DNA from: the human T2T-CHM13v2.0 reference genome, Homo sapiens
Length of the DNA stretch: 64,000 nucleotides
NCBI RefSeq assembly: GCF_009914755.1
Contig: NC_060946.1
Reading direction: 5' to 3' (one strand)
The translations under genes were made by a program, and so were the position numbers. Numbering within the stretch: the first letter of the stretch is position 1; every line of letters begins with the position of its first letter. Below the pieces are notes generated by a model. It did no database searches. It was given only the letters and a program-made list of their open reading frames with translations, and was not told the DNA's origin. Of the stretch, positions 37,290 to 48,434 are shown one piece after another.

Positions 37290-40200
37290 CTCGGGAACGG
37301 CCGGAGCACTTCTGGCCCCTGGACTTCGACGCTCCTCCTGCGGCCCCCGTGGCTGGGGAAGGTACAGTCGTTCCCAGGATTCCAGGCACGCAGATCCGGC
37401 AGGGCCATCACCGTTCCCTTGCTCTTGCCGCAGCCCCGTTAGGCTCTGCGTTTCGGGGCCTCCTGGCCGGGGAGGCTGCCTGTGGCTGCCCGCGCGCCCC
37501 TGTGGCTCCGCCGGCGCCCGCTTCGGCCCCACGCAGCCCCTCCAAGGCCGCAGCCGTCTGGCGCCCGAACTCGCGGCCTCTGCCCGTACCCGCCGCCAGC
37601 GCCTTCGCTGTGACCGCTCCTCCCCCTCCCTGAGCCCGAGCTGGCCCAGCGGAGAAGGAGGGCAGAGAAGCTGGAACCCGAACGCTGAGCTGCAGGCGGC
37701 AGGTGCGGGAACAGGAGAAGCTATGGCCTCGCACAGGACGGCTGCTCAGAGCGACACGAGCAACCACCAGGAGCTCTGCACGCAGCTGGAAGAAAAGCTC
37801 AGTAATGTACTCTGCTGTGAGAGAAATGGAGATAATAAAAGTCTGATGTAGAAGTACTCACAGAGAACCATGCTCCTTGGTCAATCTCAGATTATTATCA
37901 GATCTACTGTAATGATGTTAGTCTTCCAAATAAAGTGAGTGACTGAACTGTCAAATCAGCAAGATCAGGATATTGAAAGTCCTGCTTTGAATTCTAACGA
38001 CAAGTTATAAATAAAAAATGATGCTCACCCTGGTACTGATAGGACAGCAAATGTTAAGTGTAGACAGGGTCATTTGCCACAAATTCACAGGAGCCAGCAT
38101 CTGCATTAGCAGCACAAGATACGTCCTTAGAAGTTTCGTCATTAGCTGAAAGTTTGAGAGCTGCAGCAGAAGCGGCTTTATCACAGACTGGATTTAGTTA
38201 TGATGAAAATACTGGACTGTATTTTGACCACAGCACTGGTTTTTATTAAGATTCTGAGAATCAAATATATTATCATTTAATTTATTACTACTGTGATGTG
38301 GAAAGTGGTCGCTATCGATTTCATTCTCGAGTAGATTTGCAACCTTATCAGACTTATAGCACAAAACAAAAATGAAAAATTGAGAAAAGAAAGGATCCAG
38401 ATTCTTCTACAAAAAAACAATGAGGAAAAGGATTTGAATTCAGAGGATCAAGAAGCCTTCAGTGTTGAACATACAAGCTGCAACGGGAAAGACAATTTCA
38501 CAAATGTGAAAAAAAAAAGCCAAAATAGGCATTCATCACAAAAATAATCCCCAAAATTCACTGTTCCAGTTAGTGGAAATCCTATGGAATCTCCTCTTAA
38601 TGAAAACAGCTCAATTCATCTTTAAGGATGAGAAAATCACAGAGACTGCTAGTGAACCAGAAGAAGGTGAAATTACGGACTCTCAGACTGAGGGTAGTTA
38701 TGATGAAGGCATTACCAGTAAAGGCAATGCAACTGCAAAAGATACTGCGGAGGAAGATGAGGAAAAATTGTGGCCCTCATATACGAGAGTAATTGTCATG
38801 AGATCACTTGTGTTACAGACAGGATCATTCTTCATCATTACTGTTGTAAAACCTGCTACAATTGGAAGAGAAAATGATATGAAGAATACTCTTCGAATCC
38901 CTGAAGTTGGTGTAAGTTTCATGCAGAAATCTGTTTTGACCATGACTTACAAAGTTATGTCCTTTTGGATCAGGCAGTCAAAATGGAACACTTGTTAATG
39001 GAAAATGGATTGTTCAGCTGAAAACTAAATGTGACCATTATGAACCTGAGCATGGAGATAAAGTGAAAGTTGGAGACACTGTGTTATCTTATTACTTTCA
39101 CCCTGGCAGTAATAGCTGTGTTGGATGTGAACCAGGGCAGGTTAGAGCTCACCTTTTCCTTGATAAGAAAGATGAATCATTTGTTGGTCCATCATTAACT
39201 AAGAAGGAAACGAGTTGGAAAGAAGAAAAGGATTTTAAAAATATACGAGTAAAATATGGTTTACAGAATACAGATTACAAAGATGATAAAATACTGGAGA
39301 ATCAAAAATATAAAGATAGAGCTGGAAAACATAGGGAGCAGATTGGAAGTGAAGGAAATTTCCAAAGAGATGATGCTCCTGAATCTGTTCATTCTGAAAT
39401 TACTGATAGCGACAAAGGTCAGAAGATGTTGAAAAAGATGTGTTGAAAACAGGAGAAGGCCTGGGGAGGGATGGTGGGAGAATAAAATCTCCAATACAGC
39501 TTCAGCTTTGGCAAACACATGCAGGATTGGAGACAGACAAACCATCCTCAATTAAAGAGACTCACCTTCTCCAAAACAAGAACAACAACAACTGGGACAA
39601 AGCTCAGGAGAGGTTTGCTGAAAACTTTCCAGAAACTAAACTTCCAAAAGATGACCTAGGAACCATTCCTTGGGTAAAAGGGACTGAGGAGTGAAGGTTA
39701 ATCACAGAAGAAAACTCAAGCTTTTTTTATAAATAGAGTTTGGAGACTCTTATTTTATTGCAGAATGTTTCTCCCCAAAAAAGTCAGTGGCATAAGAAAG
39801 CTGGGTCACAGTTTACCCCTTCCTGATTCAGAAATGTGTAATAAAATGTGGTTTGCAGCTTTAAAAAAACACTTTTTAAACTAATTATTAGTGACTGAAT
39901 TAAGTTATACAGTAAGTGAACTAAAGTTCACAGGGTACAGATAAGTTTATCAAACTTTACTATTTTATCTGGTCATTTACAACATCCATATAAGCAATTA
40001 GCCATATAAGCAAAATTCATATAACCACTTAAATGCTCATTTGTCCTTGTCTCCATATATTCATAGTAGTATGCACAGAAAATACAGCAAAAGAAACATC
40101 TAAAATCTATAAAAATAAATCTGACAATGTACATTCTCTTTTATGTCCTTCAGGACCTAGATAAAAAATGTTGAGACAACATGAATAGTGATGCATACAT

Positions 40201-40600
40201 TTTCTTATATTTGGGATAGCCTAAATCATATTAAAGAACTAATGAACAGGTGACATGTCACAGAAAATTCATCTTTTATTGTTTTCTTTGGTGAAGAATC
40301 TGCATTTGTTGATATATACTGTACATTCAGCATTTGTATTTGGTTTGTTTCATAGCTAATGAAATGTTTATACATGAAAAAATGAGTACAGTATTGAAAT
40401 AGTCCATGTGCTGGCATTCATACTTTTTATAAATACCATTGCAGGCAATGAAGTTGTGCCAGAAAAATCTGATTTTGTGTACAAAAGGAATACTTAGCCA
40501 GGGCCTCGAGCTCAATATATTTATTGAAAATGTCCTAAATTGCCATAAAACATTATAACCTTAAATTACTCATTTCAATAAATTATGAATTAAACAAAAA
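37290..40600 (+). pseudogene. AGGF1P: AGGF1 processed pseudogene (5'UTR, disabled CDS about 37573-39694, 3'UTR)
   Basis: Intronless homology to the AGGF1 coiled-coil, OCRE (TGFSYDENTGLYFDHSTGFY), FHA and G-patch (YKDRAGK..GEGLGRDG) regions and C-terminal PWVKGT; ATG lost; several stops and frameshifts. Outer ends approximate. Confidence 0.93.
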
Positions 40601-41829
40601 ATACAAATGATGTCTTTTATGGATCAGAGAAGTACTAATGGGGCAGAATGGCCATTGAAGCCAAAAGGTCTGAATTCAGGTAGATAATTTTACTCATATT
40701 AGTTTTATGTTAGAGAAAACAATACTTCTAACCATATACTATTTATTGCAGTGGAGTATTTCAAAAATATGTACATAATATATAATTAATTTTCTAATGG
40801 TATAAAAGTAATCACACTCTACAAATTATTACAATATGGTCTATTGATGAGAGGGGTGTTTCAAATGAAAAAAACTTGGAATTTCTCATGGTGATAGATG
40901 CCATAGAAAATCTATGTAAAATATTTCACTCATATATGCAATTATTGATATTTCTGCTTTTCAGAAAAATAATATACTTTAAACACTTAATGCAGACAAT
41001 TAAAATCACCAAGAAGTTACAAGAATTCACAGAATGCCCAATATAGTTGAAAGGAAATTAAGAAAACCTCCCAGGACTGGAAGTAAATAAAGGTAATGAT
41101 CCAGAGAAGTAATCAACCTAAGAGGCCAGGGCACCACTCAGACGCATCTGATTACAAGAAAGTCAAGTCCATGTGGGTTGTTCCCTTCTGACAAGGCAAA
41201 TGAAATAAACAAAGAGAAACTGCCTGCAGGCATTGGAATGCGGTGTCTCCCATATATGAGGATTAAATTATAAATTATGTTGCACACAAGGAGATGAGCT
41301 ACTGGGGTGAAGCATCAGAAGAAATTATATGGCACATAAATCTCAGATATTGAATTTATATTTAAATGTTTAAGTCAATATAATGGAAAAACAAGAAACC
41401 AAAATAATGTGGAAAGAAACTACGAGCTTGTCAAGCTATCTTTGGAAACGAGGCAAATGAAAAGTAAAGTATTGAAAGTGTTGTAAAAGAATTTAATGTA
41501 CAACATACAAATTACATATTAAAATAGGCTGAGCCAAAAAGAGGGCTGTAAAGTGAAATGCTGATCACAATTAATGTAGTCATATATGTTATAGAAGGCA
41601 AATTAATAGAAAATATAAATATATTTATATATGAAGATTAGATTGAGAAGAAATAAAAAGCATTTAATTGTTTTACCAGACTCTCTAAATAGGAAGGCAA
41701 CAAAGAATCAGTGACTCGTAAGTTTCAGAAATTGGAAACCAGACATGAAACCTTTAAAAGCTTAGGGTGTAATATATGAAAAAAAGGTAAATTAAGAAAT
41801 ACTTAGAAGAAATAGTGGTTTGGGTTATT

Positions 41830-43240
41830 TTGAATACTGCTTAATAAACATGAGAGTGCAGTTCTCTTTTTTGACGTGCTTAATTTGTTTCCTTTTGATA
41901 TAAACCCAGCAATGAGATTGCTGGATCATATGGTAGTTCTATTTATAATTTATTGAAAAACCTCCATACTGTTCTCCCTATAGAAATGGGAAATGATTGT
42001 ACTAACTTACATTCCTACCAACAGTGTATAAGTGCCCATCTACAGAATGAATAAAGAAAATGTTATACACACACACACACACACACACACACAGGAATAA
42101 TGTTCAGTCATAAAACAGAATGAAGTTCTGTCATTTTTGTCAACATGGATGAGCCTAGAGGACATTATGTTAAGTGGAATAAGCCAGGCACAGAAAGAAA
42201 AAGACCACGTGCTTTCACTCACGTGAAATCTGAAGAAGTCCATGTCATAGAAGTAGACAGTAGGATGGTGGTTACCAGAGGTTAGTGATGGCAGAAGGAT
42301 GAGGGAGTGGGGAGAGCTTTGTCACTGGGTTACAAAGTTACAGTTAGGAAGAATAAATCCTGGTGTTCTATTACACAGCACGATGACTATAGCTAATAAT
42401 AATGTACCTTTTATTCTATAATAGCTTGAAGTGAGGATTTTGAACTTTATTAGCACAAGGAAATAAATGTTTGAAGTGTTAAATATGCTAATTACTCTGG
42501 TTGGATCACTGTACAGTGTATGTGGTACAGTGTGATGAAGTGAAACATCATATAATTAACATAATTGTCCACGTTTGTGGAGTACAATGTGATGTTTCAC
42601 TGCATCTCACTGTACCGTGTAGTATGATGCAGCGAGACATCACGTAATTAACACATGATAGTTACATATGTTTACGGAGTACAATGTGATGTTTCACTGC
42701 ATCTCACTGTACCGTGTACTATGATGCAGTGAAGCATCACGTAATTAACACATGATAGTTACATATGTTTATGGAGTACAATGTGATGTTTCACTGCATC
42801 TCACTGTACCTTGTAGTATGATGCAGTGAAGCATCACGTAATTAACACATGATAGTTACATATGTTTATGGAGTACACTGTGATGTTTCACTGCATCTCA
42901 CTGTACCGTGTAGTACGATGCAGTGAAGCATCACATAATTAACACATGATAGTTACATATGTTTACAGAGTACAATGTGATGTTTCACTGCCTCTCACTG
43001 TACCGTGTAGTATGATGCAGTGAAGCATCACGTAATTAACGCATGATAGTTATATATGTTTACGGAGTATGGTGTGATGTTACACTGCATCTCAGTGTAC
43101 CGTGTAGTATGATGCAGTGGAACATCATATAATTAACATGATAATTATACATGTTTACAGAGTACAATGTGATGTTTCACTGCATCACACTGTACCATAT
43201 AGTATGACGCAGTGAAACATCACACTGTGCCCCATAAATA
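41830..43240 (+). mobile_element. L1MA-type 3' fragment with 5' inversion; its 3'UTR end is expanded into a minisatellite
   Basis: 41830-42035 antisense L1, 42036-42520 sense 3'UTR; L1 terminus gtgaaacatcacactgtgccccataaatat resumes at about 43212. Confidence 0.75.
42520..43222. repeat. 97-bp minisatellite (about 7 copies), each unit with an 18-bp inverted repeat
   Basis: Unit anchors at 42582, 42679, 42776, 42873, 42970, 43067 and 43162; GTGATGTTTCACTGCATC-N19-GATGCAGTGAA(G/A)CATCAC. Confidence 0.97.
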
Positions 43241-43525
43241 TTACTGGTTCAGCAGGGAACTGTGGGACACAGAGCAGCTCCAGGTTAGCCATGACCAGCA
43301 GCTTCACCTGTGTGGGGTAGCAAGAGGGGAAGGGCCCTGTGCTTGGCTGAGAGTTGACCCCTGACCCCATCCACTTTGACTGCTAGGTGCCAGCAGAGGT
43401 CAGAGACCCCTAACTTCAGGCAGAGGCAGGAAGCAACGTCATTGCCTCTTTTTTTTGGGGGGGGGGAGAATCTCACTCTATCGCCCAGGCTGGAGTGCAG
43501 TGGTGCGATCTCGGCTCACTGCAAT

Positions 43526-46500
43526 GTACATAGAGGTGTACGTCAGAATCACACCTGCAGGAAGCTCCCTGGGTGAGATTAACAATCCCACATAGAAGTG
43601 TACGTCAGAATCACACCTGCAGGAAGGTCTCTGGGTGAGATTAACAATCCCACGTAAGTGCCAGTTCTGGGTATGAGAGTCAAGGCCTCCTGTATGTTGG
43701 GTCCATGTACATAAGTCACAATCTCAATGGTGGAATGGATTTTTCCATGAGAGGCTTAATGCCTTTCGAAAATTGAGTTATCTTAGTGGAGTCACAGCCT
43801 CACAAGTGTTTTGGATCTTGTTCAGGGATTCACAAACCCACTTGTGGACAACATCCACTTATGAGAGCCAACTTTCCAACTTTTGACTGCCTCTGGGTGT
43901 GAGATTCAGAACCTCAATTATGGGTTGTGTCCATGTGGGAGAATGACAATTTTTACTGATGGCTGGGCTCAGGAAGGAGCCTTTCATCCTGCAGGTGTTG
44001 AGATAAATGATATGTCACAATACCCAAAATATGCCGGTGCAGGCAAAAGAGGAGAGTCATATTAGCTGGTTGCTAGGTCCAGTTATATTTCACCACCTCT
44101 GTTTTTGGCAGGGCTAAGGCAGAAGAGGAGAGTCAGAGCTAAAGAAATGTCACAATGTCCCTGTGGGTAGGGCTTATGCGTAAGAATTGCATCATCTAGT
44201 CATTGAACCCAGCCATATATTACAATACACAATGTATACAGGGCCCAGGCAAGAAATGAGAGCATATCACATAGGTACTGGGTCCAGGAATGTGTCACAA
44301 TACCCCCTGAGGGGAGGCTCCAGGCAACAGGGTAACATTACCTAAGTGAAGTGCGCAGAGAGATGTTTCAATGCCCCTGGTGAGTAGGATTTTGAAAAAG
44401 GAGAAGTTACATAACCTAGGGGACAGGCCTAGCTGTGTGTCACATTCATCTCCAAGATGGAGCCCAGACATGAGAGAAAAGTCACATCATGTAGGTACTG
44501 GGCAAAGTAATATGTCATAATCCTTACTGTGAGCAGGCCCTAGGAAGAACTAGAGAGTCACATAGTCTAGATGATGGGCCCAGAGGTATTTGACAATGAC
44601 TCCTGTAGGTAGGGACCATGCAGAAGAATCACTTCACCTGTGTGCTGTGCCCAGTTATAAGTCACACTTCCCTTTGTGGGCATGACTGAGGCAGGGAGAA
44701 GAGTCACATCATCCCGGTGCTTGGCCCAAAGATATGTCACAATCTCTCTTATAGGCATTGCTCATGTAAGAGAGGAGAGTCACATCAAATAGGTAGTGGA
44801 CACAGAGGTATGTCACAAGGCCTTCTGTGAACTTGATCCAGGCAGAAGATTCACATCAACTTGGTGCTAAGCCCAACAACATGTCACAATCCCTTCTGTG
44901 TAAAGGGACCAGACAGGAAAAGAGAATCACATTACCTGGCCAGTGAGCACAGAGATCTGTCACAATGCCCCTTGCAGTCAGGGCCCAGGCAGAGGAGTTA
45001 CATCACCTGGGTAGTGGACCCAGCAATATACCACAGTGTCCCATATAGGCACAAGCTGGAGAGTCACATAACCTGGGTGCCAGGCCATGCTATATAGAAC
45101 AATGCTTCCTGTGGGCAGGCTAAGGTGGAAGAGGAGACTCACATCACCTGGGTGCACGGTCTAGCAATATGTCAAAATGCTCACTGTGGGCAGTGCCAAG
45201 GAAGGAGAATACAGTTGCACCCTCAAGGCGGTGGATCCAGCAATATGTTAATATCCCATCTGTGGGCTGGGTCCATGCAAGAGCGTCAAGTCACTCAGGT
45301 GCTAGGCACTGGGAAATTTCATCATGAAACCTGCAGAATGGTCCGGGAATAAGATTAACAATCCCACAACTGTCACAGTTGTAGGCATGACATTCAACAC
45401 CTCTTGTATGTTGGGTCTAAGCCCACAAGTAACCATCTCAACACCAGACTGGATTTGTGCATGAGAGCCTCAATTCCTCTGCAGACTGTGTCACCTTAGT
45501 GAAGTCACAGCCTCACAGTTGTGCTGAACCTTGGTCTGAGAGTCACCAACCCATGGATATATATGGACATATATATCCATATATAAGTCAATTTTTCCCA
45601 CCTTTGGCTGACTACAGGTGTGAGATTCAGCACCTCAACAGTGACCTGTGTTCCTGTGAGAGGATGAGAATATTTACTGTTGGCTGGGTGTGCATATGAG
45701 TTCCACAGTCTCACCTGTGTGCTCGACCCAGTTAGCACTCTCTGTGTACTACCCAATGGCGCTATACAGTATGAATGACAGTTGCAATCAACTTTGAGAC
45801 CTTCCTGCTGGTAGGGACCCATGATCATAGCTGTGGCATTAAGCCCGGGTATGAGAGTCAACGTCATTACAATTAACTAGGTCAGGATAGGGGAGTCCTC
45901 CCTTGCCTATAAGCTGCGTTTATAAATGAGCCACCATTTCATCTCTGGTTGAATATTTATACGTGAACACGGGCCTAGCACCAAGAAGATGTGAGTCTTT
46001 GGCCTAGCAGGAGGCAACGTGACATATCTCTCTGCCTAACAACTATTTGATGTGAACTGCTTTTTCACCTGAGGTTTTCCCATAAAAGAGACGTGATATA
46101 TGTCTAGACCCAGAACCTAGGTGATGTGGCTTTCCTTTTTTGACTAAGCCCTGTGTATTTTGGGTATTCTGACATATCCCTGCACCTAACATCTGGAAGA
46201 TAAGAAGATCCAGCATGGGCCCTGCCTAAAAAGTTTTTGTGACATATTTCTACATTAGTACCTTGGAGATGTGACTCTCCTCTCTTTCCTGGGCTTTGCC
46301 CATAAGAGATATTGTTATGTACCTCTGCAGCAAGCACCTAAATGCTGTGACTCTTCTTTCTTGCCTGGGTCGTTCCCACAGATGAAAGCTTGGTTTATCG
46401 CTGTATCCAGCACAACCGTTATGTGATTATTCTGCCTGATCTCTGCTCACAGGAGCCATTGTGACATATCCCTGGGCCATAAACTAATATGACTCTCCTC

Positions 46501-46619
46501 TATCCCCTTAACTTTGTGCATAGGATAAATTGTGATGTATCTCTGGGTCCAGCACCTAGGTGATGTGACTCCTTTTCTGCATGGACTATGCCCACAGGAA
46601 GGAGGCTGATTTATTGCTG
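43526..46619. repeat. Diverged beta-satellite-like block (BSR type, roughly 75-bp units) with a strand switch near 45990
   Basis: Recurring gagagtcacatcacctgggtg / atatgtcacaat at 44000-45250 and reverse complements gtgatgtgactctcc / attgtgacatat at 46000-46600. Confidence 0.75.
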
Positions 46620-46991
46620 TGTTGAGAGCTGATGTAATACCTCGGTCCTTGTCTTCTTAGTTTATAACAGTTTAAACAAGAGACACACAGAAAAGAAGTA
46701 CAGCATAATTTATTGGAAAAGAAAACAAATTTGAAAGTTAAGTGCAGAATACAGTACACCATGAGAGAGATATTCCAGGGCGGGCTGCTCATAAGAGTGA
46801 GACAGCGTGGATTGTCGCTGGAGAAACCCCCTTATGGGAGTTTTATATTATTATTAATAATGAGGGGGGAAGAGGAGCTGCTAGTAAGCCTGTTCTGAGT
46901 GGTCTTCTGGGTGCACATGTGCAGTAGTTGTACATGCTTACTCATATTTTGCATGTCTCATTAGCATCTTAGACCTCTAGCCAGGAGTGTA

Positions 46992-47290
46992 TTTTTGTTT
47001 GTTTGCTTGAGACAGAGTCTCGCTCTGTTGCCCAGGCTGAAGTGTGGTGGTGCAATCTCTGCTCACTGCAACCTCTCCCTCCCAAGTTCAAGCCATTCTC
47101 GTGCCTCAGCCTCCTGAGTAGCTGGGATTACAGGCATGCACCACCATACCTGGCTAATTTTTGTATTTTTAGTTGAGATGGGCTTTCACTATGTTGGCCA
47201 GTCTAATCTTGAGCTTCTGGTTTCAAGTGATCCATTCTTCTCAGCCTCCCAAAGTGCTGGGAGTACAGGTGTGAGCCACCGTGCCCAGCT
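46992..47290 (-). mobile_element. AluS nested in the ERV 3' LTR
   Basis: Full antisense Alu flanked by gtgtatttt / gtgtactttt. Confidence 0.92.
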
Positions 47291-47470
47291 GGGGGGTGTA
47301 CTTTTGCTATTAAAATAAGCAAAAGTTAAGTTTGAGGACAGGTAAAATCAAAATGCACATGCTCTCTAGAACAGAAAGTTCTTAATGAAGATAGCTTTGC
47401 TTGAATGAGCCCAATTACAATGCGAATGCTAAGGCTCATTGTCTTGGCTGTACAGTTACCACAGTTTCAA

Positions 47471-48434
47471 TGAAGGGTTGGCCTGCCCCTCCACACCTGT
47501 GGGTGTTTCTCATCAGGTGGAATGAGAGACTGAGAAAAGAAAGAGACACAGAGACAAAGTATAGAGAAAGAAAAGTGAGCCCAGGGGACTGGCGCTCAGC
47601 ATACAGAGGACCCACGCTGGCACTGGTCTGAGATCCCTCAGTATTTATTGATCACTATTTCTACCATCTTGGAGAGGGGGATGTGGCAGGACAATAGGGT
47701 AATAGTGGGGAGAGGGTCAGCAGGAAAACATGTGAACAAATGTCTCTGTGTCATAAACAAAGTTAGAAAAGGTGCTGTGCCTTGATGTGCATGTATACAA
47801 ACATCTCGGTGCATTAAAAACAGTATTGCCATCAGCATGTCTCAACTCCAGCCCTAAGGCAGTTTTCTCCTATCTCAGTAAATAGAACATACAATCAGGT
47901 GTTACAGCGAGATATTCCATTGCCCAAGGATGAGCAGGAGACAGATGCCTTCCTCTTATCTCAGCTGCAAATAGGCCTTCTTCTTTTACTAATCCTCCTC
48001 AGCACAGACCCTTTATGGGTGTCGGGCTGGGGGATGGTCAAGTCTCGACCTTCCCAGGAGGCCATATTTCAGACTATCACATGGGGAGAAACCTTGGACA
48101 ATACCTGGCTTTCCTAGGCACAGGTCCCTGCGGCCTTCCACAGTGTATTGTGTCCCTGGGTACTTGAGATTAGAGAGTGGTGATGAATTTTAACAAGCAT
48201 ACTGCCTTCAAGCACTTTTTTAACAAAGCACATTCTGCATAGCCCTAAATCCATTAAACCTTGAGTTGACACAGCACAAGTCTCTGTGAGCACAGGTTTG
48301 GGGCTAGGGTTACAGATTAACAGCATCTCAAGGCAGAAGAATTTTTCTTACTAGAGAGCAAAATGGAGTCTCTTATGTCTACTTCTTTCTACATAGACAC
48401 AGTAACAGTCTGATCTCTCTTTCTTTTCCCCACA
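47471..48434 (-). mobile_element. HERV-K(HML-2) solo LTR5 (LTR5B-like) nested in the ERV 3' LTR
   Basis: Minus strand TGTGGGGAAAAGAAAGAGAGATCAGACTGTTACTGTGTC...GGGGCAGGCCAACCCTTCA, 964 bp; flanks TTTCAA/TTTCTG. Confidence 0.92.

Noticed and set aside
42520-43222. CRISPR-like array of spaced palindromes
   Set aside because: The spacers are near-identical rather than unique, there are no cas genes, and the DNA is human and L1-derived.
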